From Bacillales bacterium (GTDB lineage Bacteria; Bacillota_I; Bacilli_A; RFN20; CAG-826): a DNA stretch of 53,003 bases. How positions within the stretch are numbered: position 1 is the first letter of the stretch; each line of letters starts with the position of its first letter. The translations under genes were made by a program, and so were the position numbers. The notes beneath the pieces were generated by a model. It was not told where the DNA came from. It saw nothing but the letters and a program-made list of their open reading frames with translations, and did not search any database. Below are positions 24,996 to 33,324 of the stretch, in pieces. The DNA is taken from NCBI GenBank assembly GCA_016287465.1, contig JAEEWP010000001.1:1-53003 (forward strand). Direction: 5' to 3'.

Positions 24996-25787
24996 TTAAT
25001 TGTCTTTGATGAGGTAGCTCTCCCAACTGGAAGGGAGCTCAATCGAAAGCTTTTCCTTCTCCACCGAAAGATTGAAATCGATTTCATAACTCAAGGAGCC
25101 TTCGCTGTCGCTGGTAGTAAGGAAGAACTTCGCGGACTCGAAAGCGAAATCCTCATAGACGAAACAGTAGCGGAATAAGAACTCACTCCCTTCTTCTTGA
25201 GTAGAACGTTCGCTGATGTTGATGGTTAAGTTCCCATCGCCACTCGAGTAGTATTCTGTCTCGGATTTGAATTCAGGCTGTCCCTCGTGGTGGAATTTCG
25301 AAACGATATGGGAGGCCTTATTCGGATTCATTAGATCTTCAGCATATGAAACTGCAGGCTCGAACACTTCCGAATAGAGGTGATCGAATTCATCCTTGTG
25401 TCCCTTGTAATCGACGGTAATCGGATTCCCGTTTCCAAAAGTAGTTGTTTCATCAAAATCAAAGAGCAACTTCTCATAAGCTAGGTCATTCGCAAGATAG
25501 GCAGACCTCGTTTCGACTCCGTCTACATTCATGAAAAGACATTTTTCCCCGTCTTCGTTCACGGCGAGAGAGAGGAATTCTTTGGTGGTATTCTCTTTTC
25601 TCGTTTTGCTGTCATAGCGGACGGTCTTTCCTTCCCCAACAAACCTATAGTTTTTGATTTCGCTATTCTTGGAAGCGATATCAAACTTGAGCCAGTCGAT
25701 TTTGGCGGTATCAATGATTCTTTGGGATCCGCAGGACGCTAGGAGGGTCATCGCTCCTAAGCCAAGAAGTATATTAAGTTTTTTCAT
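24996..25787 (-). CDS. lipoprotein, paralogue family member 1
   Basis: 263 aa, lipobox LLASCG. Shares IKNY, YYSSGDGNLTI and the C-terminal LPSSWE with the next three genes. Confidence 0.85.
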   Translation of the reverse strand: MKKLNILLGLGAMTLLASCGSQRIIDTAKIDWLKFDIASKNSEIKNYRFVGEGKTVRYDSKTRKENTTKEFLSLAVNEDGEKCLFMNVDGVETRSAYLANDLAYEKLLFDFDETTTFGNGNPITVDYKGHKDEFDHLYSEVFEPAVSYAEDLMNPNKASHIVSKFHHEGQPEFKSETEYYSSGDGNLTINISERSTQEEGSEFLFRYCFVYEDFAFESAKFFLTTSDSEGSLSYEIDFNLSVEKEKLSIELPSSWESYLIKDN

Positions 25788-25877
25788 GTTTGTTTTTCTC
25801 CAGCGATAAGAATAGGCCTTTTGAAAAACAAAAGTCTAGGAAAACCACAAAAAAGATAGACGCCGCCGAAAGAAAAA

Positions 25878-25900
25878 AGTCAGGCATTTTTTGCCTGACT
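25878..25900 (-). terminator. intrinsic terminator after lipoprotein paralogue 2
   Basis: AGTCAGGCA-TTTTT-TGCCTGACT, followed by T6 on the minus strand. Confidence 0.65.
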
Positions 25901-25918
25901 TAATTGGATTAAGCTTGT

Positions 25919-26698
25919 TTACTCCCCGGTGTATAGATGGCCTTCCCAATTGGGAGGAATGACGATTGTGAGGCTATCCATCTTCTCAAAATCGAAACTG
26001 TATTCGAACTTCATTTCTATCTCCTCCGTGGAATAAGCGTGCTTCATGCTCATTCCCTTGAAGACGTAGTCCTCGTAATTGATTTCGATCTCATTCGTCG
26101 TGTTGTCACCTCTGACGGTCGAAGTTTCGTTGATCTTAACGGTCAGCTGGCCATCTTTGTCCGAGTAATATTTCGTCACCGTATCGAAAGTCTGGCCGTC
26201 GTTATGAAACAATCCAACCACGGACAAGATCTTATATGGGTCCAAAAGGGTATCGACCACCGAGGTGATTGGCTCTAAATCGTCTGCCAAGACTTCGTCG
26301 AATTCATTCTTATGCGTTTTCCGGTCGATAACGGTGATTTTTCCATCATACCTGGAGTAGGAATCGCAATATATTAGTTTGTCATATGTTTCGTCATTGA
26401 CCAGATAATAATCACAAACGTTCGTGCCTGACTGATAGGTCGTGTGGGCTTGCTTTTCGCCTTTTTCATTAACGCGGATGAACATCTCATCGACTCTGGT
26501 TATTTCCTCTTTCGTCGCTTTGTCGATTTCGACTTGTTTGCCGCTTCCGCTGAACATGTAGTTTTTGACTTCGTTCTTTTTAAGAACTATCGCATCCTTG
26601 AGAGCGTTGATTTTGTCGGTTTCGGTTAAGAGTTTAGGCCCGCAAGAAGTAAGAAGCGTAAGGGAGGCTAAGCCAAATAATATCTTCTGTTTTTTCAT
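25919..26698 (-). CDS. lipoprotein, paralogue family member 2
   Basis: 259 aa, lipobox LLTSCG. Motifs VKNY, KYYSDKDGQLTV, IPPNWE. Confidence 0.85.
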   Translation of the reverse strand: MKKQKILFGLASLTLLTSCGPKLLTETDKINALKDAIVLKKNEVKNYMFSGSGKQVEIDKATKEEITRVDEMFIRVNEKGEKQAHTTYQSGTNVCDYYLVNDETYDKLIYCDSYSRYDGKITVIDRKTHKNEFDEVLADDLEPITSVVDTLLDPYKILSVVGLFHNDGQTFDTVTKYYSDKDGQLTVKINETSTVRGDNTTNEIEINYEDYVFKGMSMKHAYSTEEIEMKFEYSFDFEKMDSLTIVIPPNWEGHLYTGE

Positions 26699-26786
26699 TC
26701 TGTTTTTCCTCGACTTATCAAGGATACTCTTTTTAAAGAAGCAAAATCCAGCCCCTTTGCGCAGGATTTGCTGGGGATAATGAAAA

Positions 26787-26806
26787 AGCCGGGCGTTGAC
26801 CCGGCT
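26787..26806 (-). terminator. intrinsic terminator after lipoprotein paralogue 3
   Basis: AGCCGGG-CGTTGA-CCCGGCT, followed by T5 on the minus strand. Confidence 0.65.
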
Positions 26807-26821
26807 AGATGGATAGGTTGA

Positions 26822-27631
26822 TTAGGCCGCTTCTTTGTTGATTAAGCTTTCCCAACCGCTTGGGAGTTCGATCTTGACCTCATCCTTGACGGTGAAGGTG
26901 ATCTCGGCTTTGCTCTTGTTGCCTTTGTTGGATTCGCCTTCGATGACGGCGCTCTTCCAGTAATAGTTGTCATAGACAACGGTGTAGTTTTCACTGACGG
27001 CGTATTCATCATCGGACTTGGCGCCTTCTTTGGCTTTGGCGCTGATCTTCAAAGTGAGGTTGCCATCGCCTTTGGAATAGTACTTGGATTCGACGGTGTA
27101 GTCGGTTTCGCTATCATCGGCAGTCGCTTCAAGCAAATCCTCGGCACTGATGGTGTTCGGATCAAGGAACATCGAGGTGTACATGGTTGGAGCAAGGAAA
27201 TAGAGGGCCGCGAAGCCGAAGGTAAGCTCATTGCCTTCATAGCCGTAGACGGTCTTCTCGTTCTTCTTGGTATCCTCATCATACATATCGAGATAGAGGA
27301 CCTGCTTATACTTGGCGTCTTTGACGAGATAGATTGTGCTCTCTTCTTTCTTGTCTCCCTCTTTGGAAACTGACTTGAGGTACATCTCCTCATTGGCGTT
27401 GGCGCGGAAGACCATTTCGCTTTCCATGGTGACGTTCTTCTTCTCGGAATCGTCATAGGAGGTGGAACTGCTCTTCATGGTCATCTCATAGTTCTTGATG
27501 TCTTTGGTTTTGGCAGAGATGGCGTCTTTGGTCTCTTTCAACTTGGCTGGATCGGTGACTTCGGCTCCGTCGCCGCAGGATGAAAGCATGAATGCGGGTA
27601 ATAGGACTAATAAAGAAAACTTCTTTTTCAT
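26822..27631 (-). CDS. lipoprotein, paralogue family member 3
   Basis: 269 aa, lipobox MLSSCG. Motifs IKNY, KYYSKGDGNLTL, LPSGWESLI. Confidence 0.85.
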   Translation of the reverse strand: MKKKFSLLVLLPAFMLSSCGDGAEVTDPAKLKETKDAISAKTKDIKNYEMTMKSSSTSYDDSEKKNVTMESEMVFRANANEEMYLKSVSKEGDKKEESTIYLVKDAKYKQVLYLDMYDEDTKKNEKTVYGYEGNELTFGFAALYFLAPTMYTSMFLDPNTISAEDLLEATADDSETDYTVESKYYSKGDGNLTLKISAKAKEGAKSDDEYAVSENYTVVYDNYYWKSAVIEGESNKGNKSKAEITFTVKDEVKIELPSGWESLINKEAA

Positions 27632-27753
27632 TAGGTATATTTCCTTCCTTTGCTTACAATTTACCCCTTAACTCGAAAGAAATCTAGTGAAGTGCTTGCA
27701 TTTTTGCTATTTTTTGTAGCGAGCGATTTTCTCTTTTCTTTTTAAAAAGAAAA

Positions 27754-27773
27754 AGCCAGGCTAGTGCCCGGCT
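27754..27773 (-). terminator. intrinsic terminator after lipoprotein paralogue 4
   Basis: AGCCAGGC-TAGT-GCCCGGCT (one mismatch) abutting the stop codon, followed by a T-rich run on the minus strand. Confidence 0.5.
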
Positions 27774-28576
27774 TAATAATAAGTGCCGCTTGGTTCTCGG
27801 ATTAGGCTTTCCCAACCAGAAGGAAGGGTGACTGTGTAATTAAATAGCGTCTTGTAGGTGAGCTCGAATTTCTCGGAGCTTTTGTATGTTGCATTGGTAC
27901 TTTCGCTCTCATATACGGCATCTTTCAGTAGGTAATTTTCGTATGTCATGCGGGTATGGCTTGTACCAGTTCCGTTCCACACTTCGACGCTGGACCTCTC
28001 AATGGTGAGGCTGCCATCCCCTTTGGAGTAATACTTCGCCGGAGAGGCGTCGGTGTTTTCAATGAGAGCTTGATCGATATAGTAAGGGTCGCGGGCTTCC
28101 TCATAAAGCATTATCGGATACGCCAGGATTCCAGAGAGGCCACCTTCCGAAGAATAACCGCCGCTTCCCACTGCATAGACATCTATGTCTTTGGCGGCGG
28201 TGTTCGGACTACCCATTTCGATGTAACACACTTTCTCGTATGTTGGGTCTTCCACCATATACAGCGCGTATTTGTATTTTGCCTTATCGCCCGCAGCCTC
28301 AATCTCGACTGTCCCTGCGAGATACATGTTGTCTTTCTTGTCGCCGCGGTAAATAAGATCCCAAGAATAAGCGTTTTTATTCCCTTCGCCCCTCTCCTCG
28401 GAAATGGAGGCTTTGACGTGGGCCTCAAATCCCTTAGGTTCGTTCATTTTGTCGGATATGGCCTTTTCAAGCTCAATCACTCTTGCTTTGTCCGTGATCT
28501 CTTCGCCATAGGATTGTTGGCAAGAAGAAAGGACGGTCATGGCTAATAACGGCAGTATCGCGTATTTCTTTTTCAT
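27773..28576 (-). CDS. lipoprotein, paralogue family member 4
   Basis: 267 aa, lipobox VLSSCQ. Motifs KYYSKGDGSLTI, LPSGWESLI. Confidence 0.85.
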   Translation of the reverse strand: MKKKYAILPLLAMTVLSSCQQSYGEEITDKARVIELEKAISDKMNEPKGFEAHVKASISEERGEGNKNAYSWDLIYRGDKKDNMYLAGTVEIEAAGDKAKYKYALYMVEDPTYEKVCYIEMGSPNTAAKDIDVYAVGSGGYSSEGGLSGILAYPIMLYEEARDPYYIDQALIENTDASPAKYYSKGDGSLTIERSSVEVWNGTGTSHTRMTYENYLLKDAVYESESTNATYKSSEKFELTYKTLFNYTVTLPSGWESLIREPSGTYY

Positions 28577-28660
28577 GGTGTATGCCCCCGTAACACAATA
28601 AACATACTACTTTTGGCGTTCCTAAATCTAGACCTCTAGCAAGAAAAATGTAAAAGAAAA

Positions 28661-28680
28661 AGTCGGCATTTAAGCCGACT
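28661..28680 (-). terminator. intrinsic terminator after degV
   Basis: AGTCGGC-ATTTAA-GCCGACT, followed by T5 on the minus strand. Confidence 0.65.
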
Positions 28681-28696
28681 TAGTTCACTTTTCCAA

Positions 28697-29569
28697 TTAA
28701 GCGATTGGGTGTTCGCCGTCGTTGAGATAGAGGATTCCGAGGGTGTTAGGACCGCAATGGCAGGAGATTGTCGCGCCTGCATAGGTCTCATAAACGTGCC
28801 TGAAGCCTTCTCTCTCGAGCCTTTCTTTGACCCAAGCGACGATCTTGTGATCCTCTTCGCCATAGATGGTGTGGGTGATGAAGACGATCTCTTTGTCTGG
28901 GCTATTGAAGGTCTTGAGTGTCTCTTCGACGTAGTCTGGGCACCACTTCTTGACTGGGCCGCGGAACTTCTTGCCACTTTCCATCTTGCCGGTGTCGGTC
29001 TTCATCAAGATCTGTGGGCGAAGATGCAAGAGGTTAGCGCCGAATCTTGCCATGGCGGAGCATCTTCCACCTTTATAAAGGAATTCGACGGTCTCGAAGC
29101 AGAAGGAAGTCTGGTTGTTTGGGATACGCTCCTCAACGAGCTTGACGATCTCTTCTGGCGATTTGCCAGCCTGAGCGAGTTTGGCGGCATAGATGCACTC
29201 GAGAGCGACGCCCGTGGAAAGGGAACGGCTATCGATGACGTGGACTTTGCCACCAAAGGCTTCGGAAGCGTTCACCGCGTTGTTATAGGCGCAGGAGATG
29301 CCAGAGCTAAGGCAGATATGGATCTGCTCGTCATAGTCCTTGAGGATGGAGGTGAAGAATTCGGTGTATTCCATCTCGTTGACGGCACTCGTTCTTCCTA
29401 ACTGGCCGGTCTTCATCGTGTAGTCGATGAGGTCTTTGCCGGTGATGATTCCATCAGGTTCGCTTCTCTCGCCAAGGGTGACGGTGAATGGGATGGTGAT
29501 GATGTTGTATTTCTTGATGAGGTCCTGTGATAAATCACAGGTTGTCTCGGTTGTGATTGCAATTTTCAT
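28697..29569 (-). CDS. DegV-family fatty-acid-binding protein
   Basis: 290 aa. MKIAITTETTCDLS...., SSGISCAYNNA and VIDSRSLSTG are the DegV pattern. Confidence 0.9.
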   Translation of the reverse strand: MKIAITTETTCDLSQDLIKKYNIITIPFTVTLGERSEPDGIITGKDLIDYTMKTGQLGRTSAVNEMEYTEFFTSILKDYDEQIHICLSSGISCAYNNAVNASEAFGGKVHVIDSRSLSTGVALECIYAAKLAQAGKSPEEIVKLVEERIPNNQTSFCFETVEFLYKGGRCSAMARFGANLLHLRPQILMKTDTGKMESGKKFRGPVKKWCPDYVEETLKTFNSPDKEIVFITHTIYGEEDHKIVAWVKERLEREGFRHVYETYAGATISCHCGPNTLGILYLNDGEHPIA

Positions 29570-29635
29570 GAAAGTTCTCCTAAAACGTTCTCGAAAAGAA
29601 TACTAGATTATTCGAAGGAAAGAAAGACCGTGGGT

Positions 29636-29929
29636 TTATTTGAAAAGGCCCATGATCGCGGTGATGAGGAAGAAGAGTCCGACAAGAACCGCGGCGATAA
29701 GGGCATAGGCAAGAAGATACCAGAAGCCTCTGGTGACGAGGTCCTCTTTCTTTTTGGACCAGGTTGAGGAGAGGTAGAACGCCCCAACGAAGATGAGAGG
29801 CTCGAAGGCGTAGTTAAGGGTGCCACCTACCGCTGGGATGAGGGTGATCGCGCTTGGTAAGAGCCAGAGTCTTATGAGGGTGCATAAGACAAGGATCATG
29901 CTGTAAATGACAAGTTTTCCGTTTTTCAT
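29636..29929 (-). CDS. small membrane protein (3 TM helices)
   Basis: Start taken at MKNGKLVIYSMILV (AAAGGAA RBS, 4 nt after the guaD stop). The track ORF start at 29965 would overlap guaD. Confidence 0.65.
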   Translation of the reverse strand: MKNGKLVIYSMILVLCTLIRLWLLPSAITLIPAVGGTLNYAFEPLIFVGAFYLSSTWSKKKEDLVTRGFWYLLAYALIAAVLVGLFFLITAIMGLFK

Positions 29930-29933
29930 GTTG

Positions 29934-31202
29934 TTATTTCCTTTCATAGACCTTACGGCCATCAATGTATTTGGCTACTAAGAAGCTTTCGTTTGCATTG
30001 TACATCAATCTCTCAAGCCTGTCCTCGATTCCGAACTTCATGCTGGATGGGTCGCCTTTGACATCATCGATGACGAGGATGTCGGCGTCATACCCTTCCA
30101 TGAAAGATCCTGCTTTGCCGAAATATGAGGCTCCACCGAGCGTGCCGATATAGAGGGCTTCCTTGGCATTAAGAGGTTTGTAGTTATTCCTTCCTCCGTG
30201 GTTGATAACCTTGGAGAGCTGGATGGCAAGTTTGAGATTAGCGAAGAGATTGAGGGTGCTTCCCCCTGCCACATCTGAGCCGATGCCGACATGCATGCCG
30301 TAGTCGAGATATTTCCTCACTGGCATGATTCCACCTGTCGTAACGTTGGTGTTGCTCTCTGGGCAATGGACGAGATAGACGTCTTTCTCTTTGAGGGTCT
30401 TCATCTCCTCATCGGTGACGTAGATGCAATGCGCCATGACGGAATGGTCGAGAAGGCCCACCCTATCGTAGGTATCCGTGTATGATTTCGCATCCGGACA
30501 AAGTTCTTTTACGAAGGCGATCTCTTCCTCATTCTCATCAAGATGAGATTGGGATGCGACACCGTATTCTTTCCTCACTTCCCCTAGCATCTTCATCATC
30601 GGATCGGTGCAGCTGACGGTGAATCTTGGGGTGATGCATGGTTTGACGTGCTTGAAGTCTTTTAAGCGTTTGATGAGCTCGATGTTGTCTTTTCTCGCTC
30701 CTTCGACGGTCTGGGAAATGTAGTCAGGGCAATTCCTATCCATGTCGACGATGCCGACATAGGCGTCGATGCCCGCTTTCTCAAGGAGCTCGCAAAGGAT
30801 ATAAGTTCCTTCGAGATGGATGGTCGCGAAGATGACCGCTTTGGTGGTGAAACTCTTCTTTAGACAATCGACGAAGACTTTGTAGGCCTTTTTGGCGTGT
30901 TTCTCGTCTTTGAAGGCGGCTTCTCTTGGGAAGGTGTATTTGTCGAGCCACTCAAGAAGGGTGACGTCCATAAGGGTGCCTTTATAGGCGAACTGGGAGG
31001 CATGGAGATGGAGATCGGCCATACCTGGGAGGATGAGCTTGCCAGTGTAATCGATGAGTTTCTTTTTCTTTAACTCTTTCGGGAGGGATTTCATGGCCTT
31101 AACGATTTTGCCATCTTTGACATGGAGATAGCCGTTATGGATGCTCTCGAATTCGTTTAGGCTTTTGTTATAGGCGATATCGCCCTTGACGATGTATTCC
31201 AT
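29934..31202 (-). CDS. guaD: guanine deaminase (amidohydrolase superfamily)
   Basis: 422 aa with LPGMADLHLHASQ (HxH), LLEWLDKYTFPRE, SQSHLDEN.EE, AHCIY, HCPESN and GIGSDVAGG, which is the GuaD-type motif order. Confidence 0.8.
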   Translation of the reverse strand: MEYIVKGDIAYNKSLNEFESIHNGYLHVKDGKIVKAMKSLPKELKKKKLIDYTGKLILPGMADLHLHASQFAYKGTLMDVTLLEWLDKYTFPREAAFKDEKHAKKAYKVFVDCLKKSFTTKAVIFATIHLEGTYILCELLEKAGIDAYVGIVDMDRNCPDYISQTVEGARKDNIELIKRLKDFKHVKPCITPRFTVSCTDPMMKMLGEVRKEYGVASQSHLDENEEEIAFVKELCPDAKSYTDTYDRVGLLDHSVMAHCIYVTDEEMKTLKEKDVYLVHCPESNTNVTTGGIMPVRKYLDYGMHVGIGSDVAGGSTLNLFANLKLAIQLSKVINHGGRNNYKPLNAKEALYIGTLGGASYFGKAGSFMEGYDADILVIDDVKGDPSSMKFGIEDRLERLMYNANESFLVAKYIDGRKVYERK

Positions 31203-31225
31203 TCTCTCTCCTTTCTGACATAAAA

Positions 31226-31244
31226 AGCCCCGCTGAAAGGGGCT
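31226..31244 (-). terminator. intrinsic terminator / possible attenuator immediately upstream of the guaD RBS
   Basis: AGCCCC-GCTGAAA-GGGGCT followed by TTTTTA on the minus strand. Only about 20 nt, containing AAAGGAGAGAGA, separate it from the guaD ATG. Confidence 0.6.
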
Positions 31245-31425
31245 CTTAGGTTATATGTTCCTAGAGGATTCTCCTGAGTTATTCGTGAGTGATTTGACCC
31301 TAGAGAATTCCATGTGATTACTCTAGCACAGGATATCTTAATATCCTATTTGTTTTTTAGGCGAGAGATGATGAGAGGCTTTCATCGCTTGATTCAACAG
31401 GAATGGTTTGCTCTTCCGAAGAAGC

Positions 31426-32043
31426 TTAGGGCCTTGAGGAAGCCGTTTTCGGAAGAAGATCAGGATGAGAGGCCAAACTGACTGTTTGGTTTTCGTCAAT
31501 CGAATAGAAGACCACAATCCCGCCCCTGGTACCAAGATCATTAGTGGTATAGGTGTGTTTGTCGGGATCGTATCTATCTACAGACGACAGAGTGATTTCA
31601 ATGGAATAGTATTGAGGATCAAAAAGCGTGGAATCCAAATGCAGCTTGGCCTCCTTGCTAAAGTAGCTACCATATTGGCCGTCGCTTCCTACTTTGTTTT
31701 CCCAATAGCAATCCTCACTGCGATCGGTGATGTCGTAAAGCCGCGTCCACACTATTCCTATGTAGTAACTCCAAGATTCGTCCTCTTGGGTGTTGTTCGC
31801 GGTAAGAAACATGTAATGGTCCTCAAGTTGGGGTTTGTGAAAAATATCCCTTTTATTGTAATAACCGAAATGAGCGGTCAGATCGAGGCCGTCAGCCAAA
31901 CTAAACCGAATCACCTTAGTGTAGTCATCGAACTCGTCGATACTAAAGCTAGGGATAAATACCACTTCGCTTATCTGAGGTTTTATACAGGAAACCATAA
32001 AAGGCAAAAGTCCCAGCAAAAGCCATCTGGATTTCTTTTTCAT
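31426..32043 (-). CDS. lipoprotein, second paralogue family, member B
   Basis: 205 aa, lipobox FMVSC. Shares DHYMFL and YYSIDENQTVSLA with 32040..32687. Its start overlaps the upstream stop by 4 nt. Confidence 0.8.
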   Translation of the reverse strand: MKKKSRWLLLGLLPFMVSCIKPQISEVVFIPSFSIDEFDDYTKVIRFSLADGLDLTAHFGYYNKRDIFHKPQLEDHYMFLTANNTQEDESWSYYIGIVWTRLYDITDRSEDCYWENKVGSDGQYGSYFSKEAKLHLDSTLFDPQYYSIEITLSSVDRYDPDKHTYTTNDLGTRGGIVVFYSIDENQTVSLASHPDLLPKTASSRP

Positions 32044-32687
32044 ATCTCTACCTCGCTTGATTCTATAGACTCTTCGGTCGAAAGGGCTTCTTCTTCAGTT
32101 GAGGAAACTTCTACGGAAGAAGAGCCTTTAAGCTTTTTGCGCTTCATGGCCAAAGTAACGGTTTGGTCTTCGTCTATGCTGTAATAAAGTGTGTTCCAAT
32201 TTGTCGTATCCCATGAATGGTTAAGCTCTTTTGTTAAATATGTTTCCTTCTCAGGCTCGTAATTTGCGATGTATGGGGTCGTCAAAAGGATTGTGAGGGC
32301 ATCATTCTCTATATCGAAAAACTTAGGCTCTAAATGGATTAGGGCCTCTTTGCTATATCTGGTTCCCTTCCAATAGTAGTCGCTATTAGGCCACTCGACT
32401 CTATGGACGCATTGCCACTCTCGATCACCCTTCGAAACCTCATATCCGCCGCTTGAGACCAAGAACATATAATGTTCAGCCTCAGTCGCGCTATATTCTC
32501 CGGCCTCCTTGTTGTAGACACCAAAAGGAACAATCAAATCGACTCCGTCATTCAGATTGAACTGAATCGTATCGGCGCTATTAAAACCTTTTACCCTGAA
32601 AAGAGGGCCTTTGGTGGGCCTCATCGGTGGACAAGAGGTCAATAAAGGCAAAAGCAGCAATAACAACAAATTGGATTTCTTTTTCAT
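32040..32687 (-). CDS. lipoprotein, second paralogue family, member A
   Basis: 215 aa, lipobox LLTSC. Motifs EHYMFLV and YYSIDEDQTVTLA, with a Ser/Glu-rich C-terminal tail. Confidence 0.8.
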   Translation of the reverse strand: MKKKSNLLLLLLLPLLTSCPPMRPTKGPLFRVKGFNSADTIQFNLNDGVDLIVPFGVYNKEAGEYSATEAEHYMFLVSSGGYEVSKGDREWQCVHRVEWPNSDYYWKGTRYSKEALIHLEPKFFDIENDALTILLTTPYIANYEPEKETYLTKELNHSWDTTNWNTLYYSIDEDQTVTLAMKRKKLKGSSSVEVSSTEEEALSTEESIESSEVEI

Positions 32688-32781
32688 GGTCTACCCCTTT
32701 CAAAAGACGATGGAAAAGCGACTATCGACATTATGCTACTTTCTTTAATTGAAAAGGAATACCTAGAAAGAAAAAGCAAGG

Positions 32782-33315
32782 TTAAACCTTGCTTCCAAAT
32801 TCATATGCGCCTTTAAGCTGTTCTTCTGTGATGTCCCCTACATCATTAAGGGCAAGACCATCGTAGGAGCCTTTGTACTCGACCCCATCGAAGCATTCGA
32901 CCCAGCCTTCGATGGCGGCAGTCGGTTTTTTAATCGCTTCAGGATTGTCGTCCGCGCAGGTGAAGAGGGCGTATACCTCTTTGAACTTCCTGTCTTCTCT
33001 TGGGTAAAGAGGGTTCATTCTGTCGAGGAAGGTCTTAAGCTGACCGGAGATCGAATAGTAATAGATAGGAGAAACGAAGACGAGGGTGTCCGCACCGTTA
33101 ACGTCCTCAATCACGTCTTTGACGCTGTCATGGAGGACGCATTTGCCAGTCTCTTGGCAAGTCATGCAGCCGATGCAGTATTTCAAATCCATGCGGGAAA
33201 TGTCGATGATTTTGACCTCATTATGCTCTTTTAGGCCCTTAACCATCTCATTCATGAGGGTTTTGGAGGTGCTTTTCGCTCTTAAGGAAGAAGTGATGAC
33301 AGTGACTTTTTTCAT
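32782..33315 (-). CDS. flavodoxin-like NAD(P)H-dependent FMN reductase / iron-sulfur flavoprotein type
   Basis: 177 aa. N-terminus MKKVTVITSSLR plus the compact CIGCMTCQETGKC (Cx2Cx2Cx5C) motif typical of Isf-like proteins. Confidence 0.75.
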   Translation of the reverse strand: MKKVTVITSSLRAKSTSKTLMNEMVKGLKEHNEVKIIDISRMDLKYCIGCMTCQETGKCVLHDSVKDVIEDVNGADTLVFVSPIYYYSISGQLKTFLDRMNPLYPREDRKFKEVYALFTCADDNPEAIKKPTAAIEGWVECFDGVEYKGSYDGLALNDVGDITEEQLKGAYEFGSKV

Positions 33316-33324
33316 AATATTCCC

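Noticed and set aside
31203-31356. A classical guanine/purine riboswitch upstream of guaD.
   Set aside because: The leader lacks the conserved junction and loop elements I associate with the purine aptamer (UAUAAU.., ..GUUUCUACC.., ..CCGUAAA.., ..CCGACUA). The region is kept only as an unclassified attenuator candidate.
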